A stretch of DNA of 64,000 bases from the human T2T-CHM13v2.0 reference genome, Homo sapiens, in assembly GCF_009914755.1 (NCBI RefSeq), contig NC_060927.1; one strand, written 5' to 3'. Below are positions 26,796 to 38,630 of this stretch, piece after piece. Made by a program: the position numbers and the translations under genes. The notes beneath the pieces were generated by a model, which was given only the letters and a program-made list of their open reading frames with translations, had not been told where the DNA came from and did no database searches. The stretch's first letter is position 1. Each line of letters starts with the position of its first letter.

Positions 26796-28328
26796 GTTTA
26801 AATAATAAAAATGTTAAATTGCTTGATCATTTTTATTTGTAATAAAATACCTAAACACAGTGAGAGAAAGATGCCCTTAGAGTCTAAGGTCTAAGGCTGT
26901 CTTTTTGGTATTTCATTCTGATGCTCTCATGTTCAAAAATCAATGTTAAACTATTAAGCTTGCAATGTTGTAACCTTAGTAGTTTATAAGTTAAACTACT
27001 AAGCAGTTAAATTCTAATAGAATTTAAGTACTGTAAAGAGAGCTGCCCGCCTCACATTGACCCTTTTCTCTTCTGTGTTTGTGTCTTTCAAGGAGTGTGC
27101 TTATTTACTGAAAATAGTGGTGTCAGAGCCGTAAATCCATATGACTATTTTGCTTTTCACAATCTGAGAAAATGACAAAATCGACGCCAAATGAATTGAG
27201 TGGTACTGAGATGCTGATGGTGTTTGTAAAAACACAAACTTTTTATTGTTTTTAATAATCTGTGGGCAGATATTTGATGTCACCGCCACTGGAAGATTAA
27301 TATATCTTCATTGAAAGCAGTTTTTATCCTATGTGAATGATCAAACTAAGAACGTTAGAAGCTTCATGTAAGCACCTTCTCTGTACTTTGGTGTGGTGTA
27401 AAGTCATGGAATGGGTTAGCATTTATTCTCAAGCTTTAGCAATGAAATATTCCATGCAGTTTTCTTTCTATATAAACCTATTTTTAAAATTCCAGTGTTC
27501 ACCTTTAAAGTCTTATTGTGCTACTTGGTTCCTCTGGGTGGAACACACTTTGGTCTTTTTGTTTTATTGCACTGGGGATATCAGCAGACCACAACTCTCC
27601 CCAGTCCCAAAAGAAGGCTGCTTTTTGAGTATGTGGGGGCAGGTATTGGGGAAGTGAGCATTAAAATCCTCAACACAACTGTACTTGATATCACTGACAT
27701 GTCTTAACTATTGTCAGTGTTACCATCCCTTTTAAGCACTATTGATTCCCCATTGGCAGGTTCCCTATCTCCTCTGTTTGTTTCTTGGTCCCTATACTCT
27801 GCTAAGCCTGTTTACTTCCATTAGATTCATTTAATAGAATTAAATGCTCCTTGTAATATTAAAAATTCTAGCTGTCAGGGCTACACTAGAATTGATAGTA
27901 AAGTGTCCCATGACCATATATATGCTTGGAAGGAAATAGACAACACAACAGTGGGAAATAGTGTGCCTCTGCGTGGTTGGCATCAGAGGCAGACTGTGAT
28001 CAGAATTGAAAAGTGTGTCAGCATTTGTTCTCATTCGGTTGCTCAGCATAGTGCTTCTGACAGGCAATGCTTCATCATGGAAGCAGATTTGAAGAGGACT
28101 TGTGCAGTATGCTGTACTTCCATAAATCAAAGAACTGGGCTGCTCAAGTCCTCCTATTTGGGAATAAATTGAATTGAAAATGAAATGCCTAGTAATGAAC
28201 ACTTAGCTGAAAAGGTTAGCAACTGGGACAGAGAGTGGGAGATGAGAGAATGAGGACTGGGTGATTTATTAAATTGACACAATCCCTAATTTTGCAATTT
28301 AACACCATTTTCTTTGTTCTTCTCTCAG

Positions 28329-28362
28329 TAGAGATGAAGAACAGCTGGTCAGTACCACCTAT
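28329..28362 (+). other. Candidate micro-exon (34 nt)
   Basis: CCCTAAT branch-like motif, TTTTCTTTGTTCTTCTCTCAG acceptor, TAT|GTAAGA donor. Confidence 0.25.
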
Positions 28363-29311
28363 GTAAGAATCTATCATTTTCTTGAATGCCATTAATAAAT
28401 TTCCTCATAGCCTTAGAAAAGACCAATTCCTTTAATCTTTCAAAAATGCTAAATCAAAACTTCATTTATTTCACCAGCCCAGGAATTTAAAATGTTTTCT
28501 GAGGATGGTTTGCTTCTTAGGCTAAAGCTTAGAACAGAACTTTCTCAACTAAATGAGAAAACAATTTGTTGTCCAATGGGAATGGAAATGAAAAAGCCAG
28601 GAATTCCAACCAAGCTGTTAAGCCTAGTGGGAAATGAAGGAAGGCAATCCACTGGACCTCATTAGAAGAATAAGAATTCTAGTCAACCCAGACTTGTGGG
28701 GGATGGCTACTGAATAGCTATTCAGATCCAGAGCCACTGCGGGTGGATTATCATGTTGCCACCAAGCAACTGAGTTTGTGGATTTTTGTTTAATATTTCT
28801 ATAGTATTAATATGAAACAGCTGTTAACATGATTTGGCTATGCTTTATCTGCTACAGCTTCTGTGATTCACTGAACAACTGTTTTTACATTTGCTACTAC
28901 TAAAATGTCTAAAGGGTTTGTGATTGGCTGATAAAATTTGGTAGACTATTGATCAGATTATATGCTCTCTATCCTTTATTCAGGTAAAGGATCCATCCTT
29001 GTTTCCATCAGTAATGGGAAGATCATGTGGGACAAAAGATCACCAATATGAGGAGCTGCCTAGGGCTCTTTTTGCAGTGTGGGGCTGACAGCTAGTCAGA
29101 CACTTTTTCAATCTATCTAATAGTGTTGGTATAGATGATTGAGAATAGGAAAGAATACTTTTCTCTGTTGCCTTTCTATCTAAACACATAATTAGGATTA
29201 CAAATGCCTTTCTCCATGTCAATGGCCATTGCACAACCAAAAAATACTCAAATGCTAGAGACTGGGATCCTTGGTAAGATATGTTTATACATGAATCTCA
29301 TCCTTCCATTT

Positions 29312-32300
29312 ATGTAATTTTATTGTAATTTAATTTTTTAATTGGCAAGCAATAATTGTACATATTCATGAAGTACTTAATGATGTTTTGATACATATAA
29401 TGTATAGGGATCAGATCAGGGTAATTAGAATATCCATCATCTCAAACATTTATTTCTTTTTATTAGGAACATTCAGTATCCTCCTTTGAGCTATTTGAAA
29501 CTATGTATTAAATAATATATTATTATAAACTATAGTCATCCTACTGTGGTGTAGAACACTATAATTTATTCATCACATCTAGCTGTAACTTTGTATCTTG
29601 AACATATCTCTTTCTATCCTCCCTTCCCCCTACCCTTCCCAGTCCTTACTATCATCCGTTCTACTTTTTACATCTATGATAACATTTTTTTTTCTTAGTT
29701 TCCACATATGAGTGAGAACATTCAGTGTTTGACTTCCCATTCCTGGTTTATTTCACTTAACATAATGCTATCCATGTTGCCATGAATGACAGGATTTCAT
29801 TTTTTTAATAGCTGAATAGAATTTCATTGTGTGTATATACCACATTTTCTTTATTCATTCATTTGTTGTTGGACAGCTAGGCTGATTCCATATCTTGGCT
29901 ATTTGGAATAGTGCTGCCATAAACATGGGATGCAGGTGTCTCTTCAATACACTGATTCCTTTCATTTGGATAAATGCCCAGTACTGGGATTGCTGGATCA
30001 CATGATAGTTCTATTTGTAGGTTTTTTTTTTTTTTTTTTGAGGAACTCCCATACTGTTTTCCATAACAGCTGTACTAAGTTACATTCCCACCCACACTGT
30101 ATGAGTTTCCTTTACTACATATCTTTGTAAGCATTTGTTACTTTTTGATAATAGCCATCCTGACTGGTGTGAGATGATACTTCATTGTGGTTTTGATTTG
30201 CATTTCCCTGATGTTGAGCATTTTAAAATATATTTATTGGCCATTCGTATGCCTTCTTTTTAAAAATGTTTGTTTAGATCATTTAGTTATTTTAATCAGA
30301 TTTTTTAGTTGTTGTTGCTGTTGCAATATTTGATTATTGTGTATTCTGGACATTAATCCCCTATTCCATGAGTAGTTTGCAAATATTTTCTCCAGTTCCA
30401 CAGGTTGTCTTTTCATCCTGTTGATTATTTCCTTTGCCGTGCAGAAACTTTGCAGTTTCGTTCTTTTTGTTTTTGTTGACTTTGCTTTTGAGGTCTTCTT
30501 ATTTATAAAACCTTTTCTCAGAGCAATGTTCTGATGCTTTTCCCCTGTGTTTTCTTCTGGCAGTTTTATAGTTTTGGGTCTTACGTTTAGGTCTTTGTTT
30601 CATTTTGAATTGATTTTTGTGTAGAGTGAGTAATAAGTTTCATCCTTGAGCATATGGATATCCAGTTCTTCCAGCAACATTTATTGAAGAAATGGCCATT
30701 TCCCCAATGAGTGTTCTTGGCACCTTTTTATCAGAAATCAGTTGACTATAAATACATGGGTTAATTTCTGGTTTCTCAGTTTGGTGACATTGGTCTATCT
30801 GTCTCTTTTTAGCCTAGTACCAGGCAGTTTTTGTTATTACAGCTTTGTAGTATATTTTGAAGTCTGGTAGTGTTATGTCTCCAGCTTTGTTCTTTTTGGT
30901 CAGGACTTTGGCTATTCAGGGTTTTTTTGTGTGTGTGGTTCCATACCAACTTTTAAGATTTTTCTCCCTATTTCTGTGAAGAATGTTTGTATTTTGATAG
31001 GGATTACATTGAATCTATATATTGTTTTAGGTAATATTGCCATTTTAACAATATTAGTTCTTCAGGCTTGTAAGCATGTCTTTCTATTTGTATCTTTTCT
31101 CAATATCTTTCATCAGTGTTTTACAGTTTTCCTTGTAGAGGTCTTTCAGCTCCTTGGTTAAATTTATTCTGAGGTATTAATTTTTATGTAGTTATTGTAT
31201 ATGGAATTTCTTTGTTGATTTATTTCTTAGCTAGCTTGTTGTTTGTGTATAGAAAAGTTACTTTTTTGCATGCTGATTTTGTATTGTACAACTTTATGGG
31301 TTTTCAGTGTTTTCTGGTAGCATCATTAATTATATCATCTCTAACAGGGACAATTCAACTTCCTCCTTTCTAACAAGGATTTTCTTTATTTCATTATCTT
31401 GCTTAACTTCTCTGACAAGGACTACCGATGCTATGTTTAATAAGAACGATGAGAAGGGGCATCTTTCTCTTATTCCGATTCTTAGATGAAAAGCTTTCAT
31501 TTGAGACTTATTAGGTGTCCTAACATGTGGTCATTCCTGGAGAATGTTCCATGTGCTAATGAAAAGAATGTGTATTCTATAGCTGTTGGGTGAAATATCC
31601 TATAAATGCATGTTAGGGCTATTTGGTCTATAGTGCATTTGTCTGCTTAATAATGTCCCATAATCTTTGGTCATTTGTATTCTTTCTTCTTTTCTTTTAT
31701 TTACCTGCAAAAGATTTATCTTCAACTTCAATTTTTTCTTCTGCTTGGCCTAGTCTGTTGTTGAGTCCCTTGATTGTATTTTTTTTATTTCATTCATTGA
31801 ATTATTTAGCTCTAAGATTTCTGTTTAGTTTTTTTTTTATGGCAAGTCTTTAATTTCTCATTCAAATTATGAATTGTTTTCCTGATTTCATGGAATTGTT
31901 TATCGGTATTCTCTTATATCTCATTGAGTTTCTTTAAGATTATCATCTTAAATTATTTTTCTGGCATTTCATATACTGCTTTATGATTGAGGTCTGTTAC
32001 TAGAGAATTAGTGTTTTCCTTTGAAGGTGTCATGTTTCCTTGATTTTTCATGTTAAGGGTGTCCTACATTAATTTCTATGCATCTGTTGGAAAAATCCCC
32101 TCTTCCAATTTTATGGAGAGGATTTCATAGGGAAAGACTTACTCATCTAAATAGGTCTTGGGGTGTCTATTTGGTGGGATGCATTGGCTTTGCTTCCAGG
32201 TGGATGCAGTAGTGTAGTCTATCTCTCTCTCTGTGTATGTGTGTGTGTGTGTTTGTGTGTGTGTTTAAATCTGTAATACACATTAGTGGCATTTGAGAGT

Positions 32301-33700
32301 TTCTCAGTGGAATAGAGTGACAGAGTTTGTGGCAGTAGTGGTATGGCCTTGCTGGGGGTAGGCTCACTGGGTTATTTCTCAGGTCAGCGGCATGTGTGTG
32401 CACATGATAGGTTAGCCAACATAGGGTCTGGCTTGTGAGGTTGGGGCCACAGGGCTATTACTGTGGCCTGGAGCATAGGCACATGGTTGTTCAGCTGACC
32501 TAAGGGTGTATATATTGTGGGCAGCCCACAGGGCTACTTCTTAGGCTTGGAATGCCAGAATGAGGCTTCTTGGCTGGCTTGGGGGCATATTTGCTGGAAG
32601 GGCCAATGGGGCTCTTTTTCAGGCCCAGGATTAAGGTGCAAGACTGCTCATCTGGCCTGGGGGGGTGTGTCTGCCAAGTGTGGCCTACTAAGAAACAGAA
32701 CTGTTGCTCAGGTCTGGGACATGGGCTCTTTGATGCTTGTCAGTCTTCTGGGCATCCCTGTCAAGGATGGCCTGCAGGGCTGTTTCTTACTCCCTGATTG
32801 CAGACACAGAGTTGTTGTGCAGGCCTATGCGTGGGCATATCTGTGGGGGCAGGGGTGCTTGAGGAGTGTTTCTTAGGTCCTGAGTATTGGCATGTAGCCC
32901 TTCTGCTGGCCTGGGGGTGTACCACTGCTCAGGTGTCTCTCCCACTTTGGGGAGGGTTTGCAGCGGTGTGATCAGGGTGGGACTGCCAGACTGTTCCTCT
33001 GGCTAGAAGTGCATTGGGTGGGTGAGGAGTGGGTCTGGCTTTCCTTCTGTGCAGGACCAGAGTCACAGCTGAAGCTGAGTCCAGGATTCACACAGCTGGG
33101 GCTGTGGGATTCAGCCATCCATGTGAGCTTGGTGGAATGGAGATGGAGCCCCAGCGCTGGAGAAGGGCAGTGGCTTTTGACCGCAGAGGAAGGCACACTC
33201 CAGAGGTGGCTCTGGTCTCAAGATTGCACTGGGCTGCAGCAACTTTGCTCACTGAGGATAGGTGTGGGGAGTGGATACCTTGTGCTCCTAATCTGGGCCA
33301 AAGCAGCTGCACGAGTTTCCAGCAACTCTCCAAACAGGGTTCAGAACTTGTGAAGACTATGGGATTCTCCTGTTGCAAAGACTATAGATGTTTATGGTGG
33401 CAACAGTGGCTGGTGGGAATCTTCTGTTTACCTTATCCCCTGCAATGGGAAATTCCTCCTGACTCCAGGCAGATGTATCTAGGTCAGCGGATGGGGTTGC
33501 AGAAGCCAGAGATCTCCACACTGCCTCCTAGACTTCCAGCCACTACAGGTGTGTCTCCACTCCCCCACTACACTCCAGCACTTTCCCTTCAACACTCTAG
33601 TCAAATTTTAGCTGTTTATTAGTTGCTATGGTCTTTTATTTGTTTGTTGTTGGGGAGGCAAATGCTAGGCAGCTGTAGTCAGCCATCTTGCTGATGTCAT
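29312..33700 (-). mobile_element. L1MA4-like LINE-1 with 3'UTR and 5'UTR retained and large internal deletions
   Basis: L1MA4-type 3' end, ORF2 and ORF1 remnants, GC-rich 5'UTR ending CAGCCATCTTG (YY1-type terminus). Confidence 0.88.
32217..32263. repeat. (CT)n(GT)n microsatellite
   Basis: Directly visible. Confidence 0.9.
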
Positions 33701-33719
33701 TCCTCATCTTCTCATTTTT

Positions 33720-33892
33720 ATTATTATATTTATTTATTGCTTTCAGAGACAGGGTCTTGCTCTGTCATCCAGACTGGAGTGCAGTGACACAATCATCATT
33801 CACTGCAACCTCAAACTCCTGGGCTCAAGCCACCCTCCAATCTCTGCCTCCCAAAGTTCAGGGATTACAGATGTGAGCTGCCGTGCCTGGCC
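33720..33892 (-). mobile_element. FRAM-like/monomeric Alu
   Basis: Single monomer GAGACAGGGTCTTGCTCTGTC...CTGGGCTCAAG...GTGCCTGGCC. Confidence 0.8.
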
Positions 33893-33899
33893 GCATTTT

Positions 33900-35000
33900 T
33901 AATAACTCTTGTGACTTCTGAGCACTTGACATATCATGAGTTTTATTCACTTTGTTACATTTCTCAATTTACTTCATGGAAATTGATTTATTTCAGTTTT
34001 CTCTATCTTCTGGGATCAATTTCAGTAATTTATGTATTTCTAAAAATATTCTACTTTACTTGAATTTTAAATGTTTGTATATAGAGTTTTGTAAAGTCTT
34101 CTACTATACTAATTTTGCCACTCATCTCCAATTTAATCAATTTATTAATTTTTAAATTTATTTTCCACTTGTTTTTCTTAAATTTTGCTTTTCAATTTAT
34201 TCAATTGAAAGCTGAGCTCATCGATTTTCCTTTTATTTATGAGTGTTATTCCTAAACATTTATGAATTTGTGAAAAAGAATATGTTAAAATTACAGCCAT
34301 TGTCCTGTAGTGTTCATAATATATTGCTAAATGAGAAAAGCAGGCTTAAGAGTTAAATGTTTAAAGTTATTAATTCTGTTATTTGCCATTAAAATGTCAG
34401 TCATTATTGAATATTAGTCTGATATTGCTCGCAAACTTCATGAGATGAACAGTGTACAATTGATATGCATGGGATTCCTTTAGCAATGATGTCAGATACC
34501 ATCAAGCATGTGTTCCTGATTTGGGGTTATTCTGGGTCTGGGCCATCTCCCTTTAGCCACTCAGAGTTTAAGATCCAGCTCCCGTGTGATCCTAGCTGTG
34601 AGGCCTTTCAGAGACACTCCAGGCCCAGAAATTTGGTCCTGCCTTCATGCACATAGACTTTGATATCTATATATGTTTGAGTTCTTACCATATTGCCATT
34701 TTTCTTTGTTTATTTTTAATTATTGAAGCACACATTCTCATTGTTGAAGTGAAAAAATATAGAGATGTAAAAGAGAAAGCTGATCAACTGCCATCACCTG
34801 CTCGAAATAACCTGTTAATAGCTTGATGTGTATTATAATATACTTTTCTTTGTAATTATATACATTTGTATAAATCCATTAAAAATATAAATTCATATTT
34901 GCTTGTTTTTCAAAAATTGTATTGTGAGATATCATTTTGTAATCTGCTTTTCTTACTTAATAATACATCATGAACACCTCTCTGGGTCAAGATATTAAAG
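33900..35000. mobile_element. Highly decayed L1ME/L2 fragments
   Basis: T-rich L1ME-like phrases such as GATCAATTTCAGTAATTTATGTATTTCTAAAAAT. Confidence 0.4.
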
Positions 35001-35029
35001 TAATCCATTTCTTTAAAATAACATTTTGA

Positions 35030-35670
35030 AAATTAATTTTTATAAAATATAGATAACAAAATTTACCATATTAATCATTAAGTGTATAGTTTAGTAGTAT
35101 TAAATGTATTCACATAATTAATAGCCAATAATCTGCAACCAATCTCCAGAACTCTCATCTTACAAAATGGAAACTCTATACCCATTAAACAATAACTTCC
35201 CATTCCTACCCCTTATCTCCCAGTCCTTGGTAACCAGCATACTACCTTTTGTCTGTAGAGATTTTGAGTACTCTAAATACCTCATTTAAGTGGCATCATA
35301 TGGTGTGTGTCTTTTGTGACTGGCTTATTTCACTTAGCATAATGTCCTCAAGGTTCATCTTTGTGGTGGTATGTGCCACAATTTCCTCCCTTTTTAAGGA
35401 TGAGCATATGTACCACATTTTGTTTACCCACCTTTTGGCTATTGTGTATAATTCTGCTATGAACATGATTGTACAAAAATTTCTTTTAGACCTTACTTTC
35501 AGGGTTTTTTTTTTTTTTTTTTTTTTTTTTGCTATATACTTAGAAGTGTAGTTACTGGATCATGGGCAATTCCAAATTTAATTTTTTAAGAAACTACCAT
35601 ACTGTCTTTCAAAGAAGCTGTGCAATTTTAGATTCCAACAAACAGTGTATGAAGTTTCTAATTCCTCTAG
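35030..35670 (-). mobile_element. L1MB 3' end
   Basis: AAAATTTACCAT...CTCCAGAACTCTCATCTTACAAAATGGAAACTCTATACCCATTAAACAATAAC. Confidence 0.85.
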
Positions 35671-36029
35671 TAACCCTTTCTTTTGGACAAATTCATTATT
35701 ATTTATCAACGTTGATTTGGTTAATTTCTTTGCATATTTCTTTCTACCAGTAGACTGTGAACTCTTACAGGGCATTTGTGAAGAGATAGTGCTATTCGAT
35801 TTGGGCCTTGAAAGACAGTTGGGATTTTATCTGGTGGCGGATTGGTTGGAGGGCCTCACTCCTCTCTGCCAGTGCAGCTGACCTTGCACTGATTTCTACT
35901 GGCTCTGGAGACTCAGCCACATTCAGATGAGCTTTCCACCTTGTTATACTTCATTTGAGCCTTTTTTTTTTTTTTTGAGACTGACATCAGACCACAACCA
36001 ATCTCCCAGTTAAACTTTGAAAAAAAATC

Positions 36030-36167
36030 ATTAAAACTACATTCCCCTCTCTAGAAAAATACACACATGCACTCAGTATTTTACCTTCAGATTTGGAGGT
36101 TTTACTGTCCCCTGAATCTCCAGCAGATGCTCCTTCAGGACTTCCTGGATTTAAAACACCTGCTCTA
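36030..36167. mobile_element. hAT-Charlie MITE (MER117/MER5-like)
   Basis: CTAGAAAAATACACACATGCAC...TTTAAAACACCTGCTCTAAG. Confidence 0.45.
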
Positions 36168-37824
36168 AGGTCTGACTCAGCCCTTTCACTTCCATAAGCA
36201 GGAATGAGTCTATTTAAGCTTCATTACTTATCCTTCCCTCATTACACTGCTCTTTCTCTCTCTTTATCTTTGTACTAATCTTGATCTTCCTCATATGTTG
36301 CCTCCTTTCTTTTTCACTGCTCATTGTTTATAAATTGCCAAACACACACTTTCATTTCTTCTTACATTGCTAGCATATGGTGCTCATTCTGTCTACTACC
36401 TAATAATGCTGAAGACATCCCCAGAAGTAGGTAGAAATCTTATATTACCAATTAAATCCAATAGAGAAGGTACAAGGGTCCAACTGTCTCATAGTGAGTG
36501 TCAATAAAGTTTTATTTATACAATAGATTATTAAATGTGGCTAGGCAGCCTTGAATACTATTAGATATTTCTTGTTTTTATTTTGAAATTTTCTTTCCCT
36601 TGCTCCAGGCTTTAGGGGCTGCTTTCTGGCTTTAAAAATATTGCACTGGAATAGAACCAAGGATCAAATATCTGGGACATGATATCTTGAGTAAAACAGG
36701 TATGTTTTTTGTGACCCACTTATGACTAAACTATACTGTCATTGTGATATTGAATTCATTAAAAATAACATTTTCCCCTAAATAATTCATTAATATATTT
36801 ACATTTTAAAAATCAGGAACAACAGGTATAAACAGTTTTAAAGTCTACACATTTTCAGCAGATTTTTTTTTTTTACAAGAGAAAACACTTTTTAAGTATC
36901 TCTGACATCTAGGTATATTTGATTGCCAGTTCACATGTCAAATATGAAAAATAAGAAAAGAGAGACTTTCCAAAGTAGTGATATGTGACACGGTTAAAAA
37001 TGTATTTGTGTGCCAATTCTCATGAGTTTTATCATTATCCTTACAATCTCCATTTGTTTCCAATTTATGTTCTAATCTTTTAAAATGCATTTTGTCAACA
37101 CCTTTACATTTAAGGTTTAAACTCTCTTTAAAGGAGAAGCTAAGTGCAGAGTGCAGTGTACTTAACATTCATTTGCAGTTAACTTTTTGAAATGTTGTTT
37201 AATCTTTTTGATGTTTGGGAAACCTCAAGAGATTTTTTTGGTGCAATTTTACCATTTTTTACTTAGAAAATAAAATTGTGTTTTGTGATGGATAAATAAA
37301 ATAAAACATAAATGATTTACATGATTCTGAGACTTTGGAATTTTGACTGGGTATATTTTCCCATTTTACTTATGACTTTCACAACTATTCTACTTGACAA
37401 TTTAATGATGCCACAGACAGAGTAGGATAGGCTTATTCTTCAGTACCAAGCAAACATAATTGCAGGGTTTAACATCTGAAATTTATTCATTTCCCCATAC
37501 AGATGGTAGACCAAATAGTTATTCAGTGCCCCCATCTCAGGTGGTGACTCAGAGGTCTAATCTCTTTGACCGTATGGCTCAGCCATCTCAACAGCTGGTC
37601 TCTATGCTTCCTATGAATGAGAAGAAGGTTCACACCTGCTCATTACTATTTGGCCATTCTCTGCTAACAGTGCATCGACCAGAACAAGTCATGTGGTCCT
37701 GCCTAAATGCAATAAGGAAAGAAATGTAGAGAACACGTGGAATGAAGTTTGCATTACTATCTCTGCTGCAAAAGCTCACTTTAAATGTGAGACTTAGCGA
37801 TAGATGAAACTTGGGAGACGTCTC

Positions 37825-37930
37825 CATCAGTGATGGGTGCACCAAAATCTCACAAATCATCATTATAGAACTTACACATGTAACCAAATACCACCTGTTC
37901 CCCGAAACCCTATGGAAATAAAAAATAAAC
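37825..37930 (+). mobile_element. L1PB 3' terminal fragment
   Basis: GATGGGTGCACCAAAATCTCACAAATCATC...CCTATGGAAATAAAAAAT. Confidence 0.85.
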
Positions 37931-38034
37931 ATAGGTGACTGACATATAAATAAAGGGATAAATAACCATCTTGCTCTGAAATTAAAAAACAAAAAAGGAT
38001 TCTTCCAAAGTATAATTAAAAGGCAAAAAAAAAG

Positions 38035-38630
38035 AGAAGACATGATAACTAATGCAATATGATATTTTGGATAGACTCGTGCAACAGAAAATGGACATTA
38101 GACTATGCAACCCTAAAAAGGAATGAAAATAAAAAGGGATAAAAGGAATGAGATCATGTCCTTTGCAGGGATATGGATGAAGCTGGAAGCCATCATCCTT
38201 AGCAAACTAACACAGGAACAGAAAACCACACACTACATGTTCTTACTCATAAGTGGCAGTTGAACGTTGAGAACATATAGACACAGAGAGGGGAACAACA
38301 CACACCAGGTGGACACAGAGAGGGGAACAACACACACCAGGACATGTTGGGGGGTTGGGGGAGAGGGGAGGGAACTTAGAGGATGGGTCAATAGGTGCAG
38401 CAAACCATGATGGCCATGTATACCTATGGAATAAACCTGCACATTCTTCACATTCATCCCATTTTTTAGAAGAAATAAAAAAAATCATTAAAAAATCTGC
38501 ATCTGTTTTCCAGATACTTGCAATTCAAAAAATAAAATTTCACAGAATCTGTGCAAAAAAAAAAGAAAATGGACATTAGATAAAAACTAAGGAATTATGA
38601 ATAAAGTATGGACTTCAGTTAATAACAATT
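38035..38630 (+). mobile_element. L1MC-type 3' fragment, split by an L1PA insertion
   Basis: GACATGATAACTAATGCAATATG...ACAGAAAATGGACATTAG|ATAAAAACTAAGGAATTATGAATAAAGTATGGAC. Confidence 0.7.
38103..38563 (+). mobile_element. 5'-truncated L1PA (L1PA12-like) with a putative 3' transduction
   Basis: L1PA 3'UTR; perfect 17-bp TSD AGAAAATGGACATTAGA at 38086-38102 and 38564-38580. Confidence 0.92.

Noticed and set aside
27840-28202. Overlapping 120-aa and 89-aa ORFs in unique DNA
   Set aside because: Non-ATG starts, no recognisable domain, and lengths within chance expectation.
28762-28777. RFX X-box-like GTTGCCACCAAGCAAC
   Set aside because: The half-site spacing is longer than canonical, and it is a single unsupported motif.
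32345-32925. CRISPR-like array
   Set aside because: The units are wholly degenerate tandem monomers inside an L1 5' region, with no constant repeat plus unique spacer and no cas genes.
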